NCBI GenBank assembly: GCA_040290255.1
Contig: PSMU01000002.1
Location: forward strand, 294,303 to 358,302
DNA length: 64,000 nt
Direction of reading: 5' to 3'
From: Nitrososphaerota archaeon
GTDB taxonomy: Archaea > Thermoproteota > Nitrososphaeria > PSMU01
The notes under the pieces are model-generated. The model was not told where the DNA came from, searched no databases, and saw only the letters and a program-made list of their open reading frames with translations. Positions 12,095 through 20,400 of this stretch are shown here, piece after piece (within the stretch, counting starts at the first letter, position 1; each line of letters starts with the position of its first letter). The position numbers and the translations under genes are program-made.

Positions 12095-12376
12095 TTGCGC
12101 AGGTATAGGAACAGGTTTCAGATCGTCTTTCAGCTGCTGCGTGCCCTGGCGAGCCACGACCAGGCCACCGTTTCGAAGCTGATGAGGGAAGTGAACATGC
12201 CCTACGTGAGGCTAATAGGCCTGCTCAACGACCTGACCACGCTGGGCCTGGTGCAGAAGGTGCCCTCGGCGGGGGATAGCTCGGCCTCCTTCAGGCTCAC
12301 ACAGGGCGGCAGCGAGCTGCTGAGCCAGTATCAAAAGTTCAAGGAATTCGCCGAGCGAATGGGGCTCCGACTATAG
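12095..12376 (+). CDS. Archaeal winged-helix DNA-binding protein
   Basis: RNRFQIVFQLL...SKLMREVNMPY...L...GLV...FRLTQGG pattern typical of small archaeal wHTH regulators. Confidence 0.85.
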   Translation: MRRYRNRFQIVFQLLRALASHDQATVSKLMREVNMPYVRLIGLLNDLTTLGLVQKVPSAGDSSASFRLTQGGSELLSQYQKFKEFAERMGLRL

Positions 12377-12412
12377 CGCAACGATTTTAATGGGGCCGGC
12401 CCTTGCGGGCGC

Positions 12413-12790
12413 GTGCAGGAGGTTAAGGCGGAGGGGGCGCCAAAGCCCGTGGGGCCCTACAGCCAAGCCCTCATCGCGGCCGGCCTAGTCTTCTGCTCGG
12501 GGCAGATTCCGCTGGAGGCTGCGTCGGGGCGCCTAGTGGAGGGGGATATCCGAGCTCAGGCGAGAACCGCGCTGAAGAACCTGGCTGAAGTGCTCCGAGC
12601 TGCCGGCAGCGGGCTGGATAAAGTAGTGAAGGTCACGGTCTACCTGGCCGACTTGGCGGATTTTCAGGCCTTTAATGAGGTATATCAGGAATTCTTCCGG
12701 GCCCCCTATCCGGCGAGGACGACGGTCGAGGTAAAGGGCCTGCCTCGCGGGGCCAGGATAGAGGTCGACGCCATCGCGCTGGCCCGTTAG
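12413..12790 (+). CDS. ridA: RidA family enamine/imine deaminase
   Basis: APKPVGPYSQA, SGQIP, VVKVTVYL, PARTTV and IEVDAIA motifs. Confidence 0.93.
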   Translation: MQEVKAEGAPKPVGPYSQALIAAGLVFCSGQIPLEAASGRLVEGDIRAQARTALKNLAEVLRAAGSGLDKVVKVTVYLADLADFQAFNEVYQEFFRAPYPARTTVEVKGLPRGARIEVDAIALAR

Positions 12791-13866
12791 CCCTCGGGCC
12801 TGCCCAAGGCCCTCGAATAAGCGGCCACGCTGATGCGGCCGGCGACCTTCCTTGCCACCTCCACAAGGGCCCTTGCTGGCGCGGAGCCGGGGTCCGAGAT
12901 GACGATGGGGATACCCTCATCGCTCCTCTCCCTGACCTCCTTCGCCAGCGGCACCTGGCCCAGCAGCGGCACGCCCAGCTCCTGCGCGTACCTGGCGCCC
13001 GTACCATCTCCGAAGATGTAGCTGGGCGCCCCGCAGCAGGGGCAGATGAAGTAGCTCATGTTCTCCACCACCCCCAGCACCTCCACGCCCAGCCTCCTGA
13101 ACATCAGCAGGGACTTGGACGCTATGAAGGAAGAGGTTTCGTGTGGGGTCGTTACAATTATCACCCCCGTGAGCGGTATCGACTGCGCCAGCGTCAGCGG
13201 TATATCGCCCGTGCCGGGCGGCAGGTCCACCAGAAGATAGTCGAGTTCGCCCCACTGCGTATCGGCCATCAGCTGCCGGAGCGCGGCCGAGATCAGGGGG
13301 CCCCTCCATATCACGGGCGTTTCGTCATGGACGATGAAGCCGAAGGACATGAGCTTTAGGCCGTGATAGCTCTCCGCGGGAATCAGCTTCTTGTCCTCCG
13401 CCCTGGGCTTTACGTTAATACGAAGCAGCCTGGGCAGCACGGGCCCGTAAATGTCCGCATCGAGCAGCCCGACCTTCGCCCCCAGCTGCGCGAGGGCCGC
13501 GGCCAGGTTCACCGCCAGCGTGGACTTGCCCACGCCGCCCTTTCCGCTGGCTATGCCCACGATGTTCTTGACCTGGCTCAGGGAGCTGAAGTCCAGGGCC
13601 TGCCTCGCGCCCCTTACCCTGGCCGTGACCTTCATGTCCACCTCGCGCACGCCCTCGATGGAGCCGACCGCCTGCCGGACCTGCCTCTCTATCTCATCGT
13701 TGAAGGGACAGGCAGGGCTGGTCAGCTCCAGCGTGAACGAGACCCGATCACCTTCGACGGCCAGGTCCTTTATCATGTTTAGGCTCACGACGTCGAGCTT
13801 CAGCTCGGGGTCCACGACCTTTCTCAGCTCCTCAAGCACGCGCTCCTTGGTGGGCACAGGAACCAC
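12787..13866 (-). CDS. mrp: Mrp/NBP35 Fe-S cluster carrier ATPase with N-terminal DUF59 domain
   Basis: DPEL...TSPACP, SGKGGVGKST, DADIYGP, DLPPGTGD and ENMS..CPCC motifs. Confidence 0.92.
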   Translation of the reverse strand: MVPVPTKERVLEELRKVVDPELKLDVVSLNMIKDLAVEGDRVSFTLELTSPACPFNDEIERQVRQAVGSIEGVREVDMKVTARVRGARQALDFSSLSQVKNIVGIASGKGGVGKSTLAVNLAAALAQLGAKVGLLDADIYGPVLPRLLRINVKPRAEDKKLIPAESYHGLKLMSFGFIVHDETPVIWRGPLISAALRQLMADTQWGELDYLLVDLPPGTGDIPLTLAQSIPLTGVIIVTTPHETSSFIASKSLLMFRRLGVEVLGVVENMSYFICPCCGAPSYIFGDGTGARYAQELGVPLLGQVPLAKEVRERSDEGIPIVISDPGSAPARALVEVARKVAGRISVAAYSRALGRPEG

Positions 13867-13903
13867 CTAAGACGGCTATAACGTCGTTATAAGGATTGCC
13901 ATG

Positions 13904-15214
13904 TCAGGCGCTGATCCTGTAGAAGTGAAAGAGGATGGAGAAGCTGAGCAGCAGGGCGCCCAACTCCAGAAGGACCACCGAGCCCAGGTTGGTGTTCACG
14001 GCCCTCAGCAGCAGGCCGTTCAGGGCCAGCTGAAAGACCACCAGGGCCATGAGGTTGAACCTAGCCCACCTGGGGCCGATCTTCACCTGCGTAACGACGC
14101 TCGGCCTGGCGGGCGTGGGCTTACGGCGCGAGAGCGCGGCGTAGACGATGGCGAAGGAGAGAACGCCGGCCAGAATCATAAACCCGAAGAGACTCCAGGG
14201 AGGGATGTAGAGCTTAAAGAGCGGGATATTTGTGTAGGGGTTCATCCAGAAGCCCCAGGCCGTCGTAAGCGCGGCCTGGGCAATGGAGGCGATGCCCAGG
14301 CCCGTAAAGAAGGGCCTGTCCCTCCAGGAGAGCCTCTTCCCCCTATCCACGAAGGGAATGACGAGGAACATGAGGATGTAGAGGCCCGGAAGAAGCACGC
14401 CGGCCACGAACTTATCCATGCCCGTGCGGAGGAAGGCGTATAGTGAGCTGAGGTACCACTCGGGGACGGTGAAGCCCACGGGCGCGCCCGGCACGAACTT
14501 CGTGCCGAGCTCCACGGGAAAGATGGCCGCGGCCACCAAGATCGCGCCTATGACGCCGGAGACCATGGGCACATCAAAGACCAGGTTGCGCGGGAAGTGA
14601 AGGCCCATGAGCAGCAGCATTATCACCGGTATTACGAAGACGTGATACGTGTAGAACCTTATGATGAAGTCGTAAAAGCCGGCTCCGAAGACGAAGAACC
14701 TGAGCAGGGGGCCCAGCTGAGGCGTTGACTGCGCCAACGCCACGCCTATGCTGATGGCCAGCTCAGCCCTCTCATTGAAGATGAGGTTATAGCCCGTGAA
14801 GGCCTCCAGCACGGTGAGCACTCCCAGTATGACGCCAGTCACCCACAGCATTTCGTTCCTGACCTTGAACCTGCCGCTGAAGTATTGGTAGTAAAGATGG
14901 CAGATGGCCAGCAGCACCATCGCGTTGGAGGCGGCATAATGTATGTTTCTGATCACGTACCCCAAGGAGGCCTGTTGCTCTATGAACTGAACGCTGTCCC
15001 AGGAGGTTGTGATGCCGGGATAGTAATAGAGCATGAGCATGGCCCCCGTGATCCCCAGCAGGATGAAGACGCTGAAGGTGAGCATGCCCAGGAAGCCCAG
15101 CGGGCTAATGTAGCTACGCGGGAACGTGAACCTCAGCGAAAAGAAGACGGTCCTCTCCAGCCTGTCGAGGACGTACGCTATGAGCTGCCTAACGCCTTTT
15201 CTCAGCTCCGCCAC
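13904..15214 (-). CDS. Cytochrome b of a Rieske/cytochrome b complex
   Basis: Heme-ligating His residues (RNIH..., CHL, YH...LH), PEWY motif and many TM helices. Confidence 0.9.
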   Translation of the reverse strand: MAELRKGVRQLIAYVLDRLERTVFFSLRFTFPRSYISPLGFLGMLTFSVFILLGITGAMLMLYYYPGITTSWDSVQFIEQQASLGYVIRNIHYAASNAMVLLAICHLYYQYFSGRFKVRNEMLWVTGVILGVLTVLEAFTGYNLIFNERAELAISIGVALAQSTPQLGPLLRFFVFGAGFYDFIIRFYTYHVFVIPVIMLLLMGLHFPRNLVFDVPMVSGVIGAILVAAAIFPVELGTKFVPGAPVGFTVPEWYLSSLYAFLRTGMDKFVAGVLLPGLYILMFLVIPFVDRGKRLSWRDRPFFTGLGIASIAQAALTTAWGFWMNPYTNIPLFKLYIPPWSLFGFMILAGVLSFAIVYAALSRRKPTPARPSVVTQVKIGPRWARFNLMALVVFQLALNGLLLRAVNTNLGSVVLLELGALLLSFSILFHFYRISA

Positions 15215-15216
15215 TC

Positions 15217-15870
15217 CTACGCCACCCTCCTCCCCGTGAGCGCGGAGACCTGGACTACATACCTGCCGGTACCAACGGTCCCTATGATATCGGTCGCATA
15301 AAGTGTTCCGTCATCGCCCACCTCTATCTTTACCTCGGGCAGGGCGTTGTTGGGGGCGGGCTGCAGGTAGGCTGGCCCATCGATCGCCCTGCCGTAGACC
15401 GGCTCGTACAGGCTGCCATGGCAGGGACAGGCGATGATGGAGAGGCTGGGCGTATACGTGGCCAGGCACATGAGGTGAACGCAGACGATGCTGTAGGCGA
15501 CGAGCCTTCTTTCCGGAGGCACCTCATCGACTAGATATTGCTTACCGGCGAAGGAGGCTTCGAGCTGACGAGGGCGCTGTATCTTGGCCGGCAGTTTTAT
15601 CAGCTGGCAGAGCCTGAAGGGATCGCTGTCGAGCGTGGGGTTCCCCGTCCTGGGATAGACGAACGTAACCACCTGATTGTCGGCCAATAGGGAGGGCCTG
15701 ACGGGCAGGCCCGTCTTCACGTCCAAGATCTGCTGCCTCTTGGTCGCCACGGTGGTAGGCACGAAGAAGCTGCCCAGGTGCACGAAGGAGGCCAACGTGA
15801 AGAGGGCGCCCAACCCCCCGATGGCCTTTATGAACCGGCGCCGGGATTCGTCGACGGCCGGGCGGCTCAC
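15217..15870 (-). CDS. Rieske [2Fe-2S] protein with Tat signal
   Basis: SRRRFIK twin-arginine signal; CVHLMC and CPCHGSLY boxes. Confidence 0.92.
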   Translation of the reverse strand: MSRPAVDESRRRFIKAIGGLGALFTLASFVHLGSFFVPTTVATKRQQILDVKTGLPVRPSLLADNQVVTFVYPRTGNPTLDSDPFRLCQLIKLPAKIQRPRQLEASFAGKQYLVDEVPPERRLVAYSIVCVHLMCLATYTPSLSIIACPCHGSLYEPVYGRAIDGPAYLQPAPNNALPEVKIEVGDDGTLYATDIIGTVGTGRYVVQVSALTGRRVA

Positions 15871-15935
15871 GGGCCTAGGCAGCGAGCTACTCCCTTTATT
15901 TATGTTTTATAACAAGGCCGCAGGCCGGCCCCAGC

Positions 15936-16685
15936 ATGAAGGAGCTCCGCCTCATAGCCCTGGAGACGTTGCCCGAAGTCAAGCGGGGGCAGGATATAGC
16001 CCAGCTTATAGTGGAGGCCGCCCGGAGGGAGGGCGTGGTCCTTAAGGAAGGGGACGTCATCGTCGTGGCCCATAAAATCGTTTCTAAGGCGGAAGGCAGG
16101 GTAGTGAACCTGGAGGGGGTCAGGCCCTCGGAGGTGGCGCTTAAATGGGCGAGGTTGCTGAGAAAGGACCCGAGGCTGCTTGAAGTGATCCTGAGGGAGA
16201 CCAAGAGGGTCGTGCGCATGGCCAGGGGCGTGCTGATCTGCGAGACGAGGCATGGGTTCGTCTGCGCCAACGCCGGCGTGGACCAGTCGAACGCGGGCAA
16301 GGGCAAGGTCGTGCTGCTGCCCGTGAGGCCCGATCGCTCCGCCAAAAGGATAAGGGCTCGCCTAGCCGAGCTGACCGGCCTAGACCTGCCCGTCATCATA
16401 ACGGATACCTTCGGCAGGGCCTGGAGGATGGGGCAGGTCGACGTGGCCGTGGGCTTTTCGGGCATCAGCCCCTTCTTGGATTATCGCGGCAAGGCGGATG
16501 TGCACGGCTACGAGCTAAAGGTGACGATGCCCGCGCTGGTGGACGAAGTCGCCGCGGCCGCCGAGCTCGTCATGGGAAAGATAGCCCAGAGGCCCGTGGT
16601 CATCGTCAGGGGCCTGGAGTATGCGAGGGGGGAGCAGGGCAGCAGGCTGCTCGTCAGGCGCCCGTCACAGGACCTGTTCAGATAG
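15936..16685 (+). CDS. cofE: Coenzyme F420-0:L-glutamate ligase
   Basis: KIVSKAEG, ANAGVDQSN, ITDTFGRAWRMG and DEVAAAAELVMGK motifs. Confidence 0.93.
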   Translation: MKELRLIALETLPEVKRGQDIAQLIVEAARREGVVLKEGDVIVVAHKIVSKAEGRVVNLEGVRPSEVALKWARLLRKDPRLLEVILRETKRVVRMARGVLICETRHGFVCANAGVDQSNAGKGKVVLLPVRPDRSAKRIRARLAELTGLDLPVIITDTFGRAWRMGQVDVAVGFSGISPFLDYRGKADVHGYELKVTMPALVDEVAAAAELVMGKIAQRPVVIVRGLEYARGEQGSRLLVRRPSQDLFR

Positions 16686-16690
16686 GGGAA

Positions 16691-17602
16691 GTGCTGGCCG
16701 TCCTCTCCGGCGGATCGGGCTCAGCCAAGCTCGTGCGGGGCCTACGCCAGCTCGGCGACTTCACGCTGATCGTTAACGTGGGCGATAACTACTGGTTTCA
16801 TGGCCTCTATGTCTGCCCCGACTTGGACATATTGATGTATGAGCTCGCGGGGCTCTTGGACCGCGCAAGGGGTTGGGGCATCAGGGATGATACGTTCAGC
16901 GCGCTGAGCCAGCTGCAGTATTACGGGCTGGAAACCTGGTTCAGGCTGGGGGATAGGGACCTGGCCACCTGCCTGGCCCGCACCTACCTTCTCTCTCGAG
17001 GAGAAACCCTCACGCAGGTCACGGCGAAGCTCAGCGGGGCTTTGGGCATAGCGCAGCGCCTCCTCCCCGCCAGCGATGAATATGTGCCGACGCTGCTGGA
17101 TACGGATCAGGGGCTGCTGCACCTGCAGGAATTCTGGGTCAAGAGGAGGGGCCAGCCCAGGGTGAGGAGGGTCATATATGGGAGCGAGGGAAGGCCGGCG
17201 AGCAGCGAGGCCCTGGAGGCCTTGCGGAGGGCCAAGGCCATCATCATACCGCCCGCGAACCCCGTGACCAGCATCGCCCCCATCTTGGCCCTCTCAGGCA
17301 TGGCTGAGGCCATGCGAGGGAAGCCCGTCGTGGCGGTCTCGCCCTTCCGGGGAGGGGAGGCCTTCAGCGGCCCGGCGGCCAAGCTGCTCAGAGAGCTGGG
17401 CCTTGAGGTAAGCCCGTTAACCCTCCTCCAGCTCTACAAGGGCCTCGTTACGCACCTTCTGATCGACAGCTCCGATGAGCGCCTGCTACCGGAGCTCCAG
17501 AGCAGGGGAATAAGGGCCTGGGCGACGGACCTGAGCATGGAGACGGAGCAGGCCAGCGCAAGGGTGGCTGGGCTTTGCCTTCAGGTTCTGGGCGAACTCT
17601 AG
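16691..17602 (+). CDS. cofD: 2-phospho-L-lactate transferase
   Basis: LSGGSGSAK, VNVGD, CPDLD, WFRLGDRD, NPVTSI and SGPAAKL motifs. Confidence 0.92.
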   Translation: MLAVLSGGSGSAKLVRGLRQLGDFTLIVNVGDNYWFHGLYVCPDLDILMYELAGLLDRARGWGIRDDTFSALSQLQYYGLETWFRLGDRDLATCLARTYLLSRGETLTQVTAKLSGALGIAQRLLPASDEYVPTLLDTDQGLLHLQEFWVKRRGQPRVRRVIYGSEGRPASSEALEALRRAKAIIIPPANPVTSIAPILALSGMAEAMRGKPVVAVSPFRGGEAFSGPAAKLLRELGLEVSPLTLLQLYKGLVTHLLIDSSDERLLPELQSRGIRAWATDLSMETEQASARVAGLCLQVLGEL

Positions 17603-18228
17603 CGCTGGTGCTGATGAAGCCCGTGACAGCGGCCAAGCGCAGGCTGGCTAGCTCGATGAGCCCAGGGCAGCGCAGGCGGCTGAGCGAGCTGATGCTGGAG
17701 TTAGTGCTGAGGGCGGTCTCCAAGAGCGGCGTAGAAGGGAGGGCCTTGGTCACGGCCGATGATCGGATGGGCCCGATGGCCCAGCGCTTTGGCTTCACGC
17801 TGCTGAAGGAAAAGAGGCCGAGGGGCTTCTCCAGGGCCGTGCTGCTCGCGCTACAAAGCCCGCTGGCGCGGCACTACGAGGACGTGCTCATTCTCCCAGG
17901 AGACCTTCCCCTCCTGAGGGCCGAGGAGATCGACCGCGCGCTGGCCTTGCGCCGCTCGGCGCGTGCCCCCGTTTTATCGCCCTCCCTTCGCTTGGACGGC
18001 ACCAACCTGCTGCTTGCGGCCCAGGATGAGCTTCCTCCGCTTCATTATGAGCGGGACAGCTTTCTGGGACATATGGAGGAGCTCCGCCGAAGGGGAAGCC
18101 GCTTCATAGTCTACTACGACCTGAGGCTCGCGCTGGACATAGACACGATGGGGGACCTAGAGCTCGCGCGGAGGCTCTTCCCGAGAAGCGAGTTCGCGCG
18201 AAGGGCGCGATTGAAGGCCATCGCTTAG
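17575..18228 (+). CDS. cofC: 2-phospho-L-lactate/PEP guanylyltransferase
   Basis: K...AKRRL, GDLPL, DGTN and DIDTxxDL motifs, directly after cofD. Start uncertain. Confidence 0.85.
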   Translation: MPSGSGRTLALVLMKPVTAAKRRLASSMSPGQRRRLSELMLELVLRAVSKSGVEGRALVTADDRMGPMAQRFGFTLLKEKRPRGFSRAVLLALQSPLARHYEDVLILPGDLPLLRAEEIDRALALRRSARAPVLSPSLRLDGTNLLLAAQDELPPLHYERDSFLGHMEELRRRGSRFIVYYDLRLALDIDTMGDLELARRLFPRSEFARRARLKAIA

Positions 18229-18235
18229 CACCGGC

Positions 18236-19375
18236 ATGAACTGGGGTCAGGCGCTTTGCCTCTCGCTGGGCCTCGTGTGGGGCCTGGCCCTGCTCCTCCT
18301 GCCGCTGAGGGGACCCAGGCTCAAGGCCTCGGGCGGCGAGCTTAGGGAAGGCCTGAGCGTTATAGTGCCCGTCCGCGACGAAGAGGCCCGCCTGAGGCTC
18401 CTGCTCCCAGCCCTGCTGGCCGAGGGCGGCGATGGGCTGGAGGTGATCGTGGTCGACGACGGATCCTCCGACTCCTCTTACTCGGTTGCCCTGGAGTGGC
18501 AGGCCAAGGACTCCAGGATCAGGGCCATCAGCGCCGGGCCCCTGCCGCCGGGCTGGGTCGGGAAGGCCTGGGCCTGCCATCGCGGGGCCTCGCTTGCCCG
18601 CGGGCGCTGGCTGCTCTTCCTCGACGCTGATGTAGGGCTTAAGCCCGGCATTCTGAGGGCGGCCCTGCAGCACGCGGCCCAGAGGGGGTTGGATGCCCTA
18701 TCGCTGAGGCCCGCCCTAAGGGTAGAGGGCGTATGGGGCAGGCTGGTCTACTGCGTGCTGGGATTCCTGATCAGGGCCCTTTATCCGCCCTCCCTGCTGA
18801 ACAGGGCCCACAGCCGGCGAGGCCTCTTCTTCGGAAGCTTCCTCCTGACCCGCGCCGAGGCCTACAGGCGCGTAGGAGGGCATGAAAGCGTGAGGGGGGA
18901 GCTCGTGGAGGATTACGCCCTGGGCCAAGCGTATAAGCGCCTGGGCCTCAGGACGGAATTGCTAAGGGGAGAGGGGTGGCTCGAGAGCCGGGCCTCCCTT
19001 TCTCTGGCCGAGGCCTGCGAAATGGTGAGGAGAATAGCTTCGGCCCCGCTTGATGGCAGGAGGGGACTGGCCCTGGCCTTTTCCTCACTCCTGCTCTTCC
19101 TTACATGGGCTCCCTGGGCCCTTCTCATCGCGGTCCTCTTCACCCCGCTGGGCCCCATCGCCCTTGCCCCTCCCCTATTGCTATGGCTCAACTTCTGGCC
19201 CGAGCTCAGGGAGATGCGCCTGAGCGCCCTATATCTGCTGGGCATCCCTCTGGGCGCAGCGGTGATCTCATACGCCGTATTCACCATGTCGGTGTGGTAC
19301 GGCAAGAGGGCCCTGCGATGGAGGGGAAGAACTTATGGCCCCAAAGCCATAAGTCCGGCCGGGCGGGATGGCTGA
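18236..19375 (+). CDS. Membrane-bound GT2 glycosyltransferase (CrtQ/HpnB-like)
   Basis: VPVRDE, VDDGSSD, PPGWVGKAWAC, FLDAD and VED motifs, with N- and C-terminal TM helices. Confidence 0.87.
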   Translation: MNWGQALCLSLGLVWGLALLLLPLRGPRLKASGGELREGLSVIVPVRDEEARLRLLLPALLAEGGDGLEVIVVDDGSSDSSYSVALEWQAKDSRIRAISAGPLPPGWVGKAWACHRGASLARGRWLLFLDADVGLKPGILRAALQHAAQRGLDALSLRPALRVEGVWGRLVYCVLGFLIRALYPPSLLNRAHSRRGLFFGSFLLTRAEAYRRVGGHESVRGELVEDYALGQAYKRLGLRTELLRGEGWLESRASLSLAEACEMVRRIASAPLDGRRGLALAFSSLLLFLTWAPWALLIAVLFTPLGPIALAPPLLLWLNFWPELREMRLSALYLLGIPLGAAVISYAVFTMSVWYGKRALRWRGRTYGPKAISPAGRDG

Positions 19376-19377
19376 GG

Positions 19378-19809
19378 ATGGGCGAGGGCGCGTGTCCCTT
19401 CTGCGAAATAGCCCAGGGGAAGCGGGAAGCGGCCTACGTATATAGGTCGGAGCGGCACGTGGCCTTCATGGACCATCGCCCCATAAACCCGGGCCACGTG
19501 CTGGTAATACCCGTGGCCCATTATGAGACGCTGTTGGATATGCCCTACGGAGAGGCCGGGCCCCTCTTCGAGCTCGTAAGGAGGGTGGCCAAGGCTGCGA
19601 AGGCGGCGGTGAGGGCCGATGGCGTGCACATAGGCGTAAACAACGGCCGGGCCTCTAACCAGCTCGTCCCCCACGTACACGTGCATGTGGTGCCGCGCTT
19701 CTTCGGAGATGCGCCCGGCGCGCGAATGCCCCCCAGAAAGGCGATGGCGTTTGACCAGCTGAGGGCCCTGGCCGAGGAAATCTCCAGCCGGCTCAGGGAG
19801 ATCGAATGA
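19378..19809 (+). CDS. HIT family hydrolase
   Basis: CPFC, PGHVLVIP and NNG..SNQ.VPHVHVHVVPR motifs. True start is ATG 19378. Confidence 0.92.
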   Translation: MGEGACPFCEIAQGKREAAYVYRSERHVAFMDHRPINPGHVLVIPVAHYETLLDMPYGEAGPLFELVRRVAKAAKAAVRADGVHIGVNNGRASNQLVPHVHVHVVPRFFGDAPGARMPPRKAMAFDQLRALAEEISSRLREIE

Positions 19810-19848
19810 GGGCGCGCATGCGGTCACCGCGGCCCCGGGAGGTGAAGC

Positions 19849-20382
19849 ATGACCAGCGGGCTGTCGCCTGACCTGCTCGAGGCCCTTGCCTACATGCTGC
19901 CCGCCTACGTCGCCAACGGCACGCCCGTGGTGGCCGTGCGCTTCTTCAGGTCGCTACATCCCTTAGATCTGGGGCGAAGGGCCTGGGATGGGCGAAGGCT
20001 CCTCGGCGACGGGAAGACCGCGGAGGGGTTCGCTTCGGGCAGCGCCATGGGCTTCCTCGCCGGAACCTTGGTGCTATTGGCAGACCCCCTGCTCTATAGG
20101 GCTTGGGCGGAGCCGCTGCTGCTGGCCCTGGGCGCGCTCCTGGGCGATCTGCTGGGGGCCTTCATCAAGAGGCGACTGGGCCTGCAGAGGGGGCAGCCGG
20201 CCCCCGGCCTCGACCAGCTGGACTTCCTGGCCGTGGGCCTGCTGCTCACCTTCTTGCTCTATGGTCCTCCCTCCTGGGCGACTTCGTGGGTGCTGCTGGG
20301 CCTTGCTGTGATAACGGTTGGCCTTCACCTCTTGACCAACGCGGCGGCACATGCTATGAGGTTAAAGGAGAGGCCGTATTAG
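19849..20382 (+). CDS. carS: CDP-archaeol synthase
   Basis: PAYVANG.PV, PLDLG...DGRR.LGDGKT.EG and GDL.G.FIKRRLG..RG...P.LDQLDF motifs. Confidence 0.9.
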   Translation: MTSGLSPDLLEALAYMLPAYVANGTPVVAVRFFRSLHPLDLGRRAWDGRRLLGDGKTAEGFASGSAMGFLAGTLVLLADPLLYRAWAEPLLLALGALLGDLLGAFIKRRLGLQRGQPAPGLDQLDFLAVGLLLTFLLYGPPSWATSWVLLGLAVITVGLHLLTNAAAHAMRLKERPY

Positions 20383-20400
20383 CGAGGAGCAAGGGGCGCC

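Noticed and set aside
19105-19377. N-terminal extension of the HIT protein
   Set aside because: It overlaps the glycosyltransferase. HIT homology starts at ATG 19378, just after the GT2 stop.
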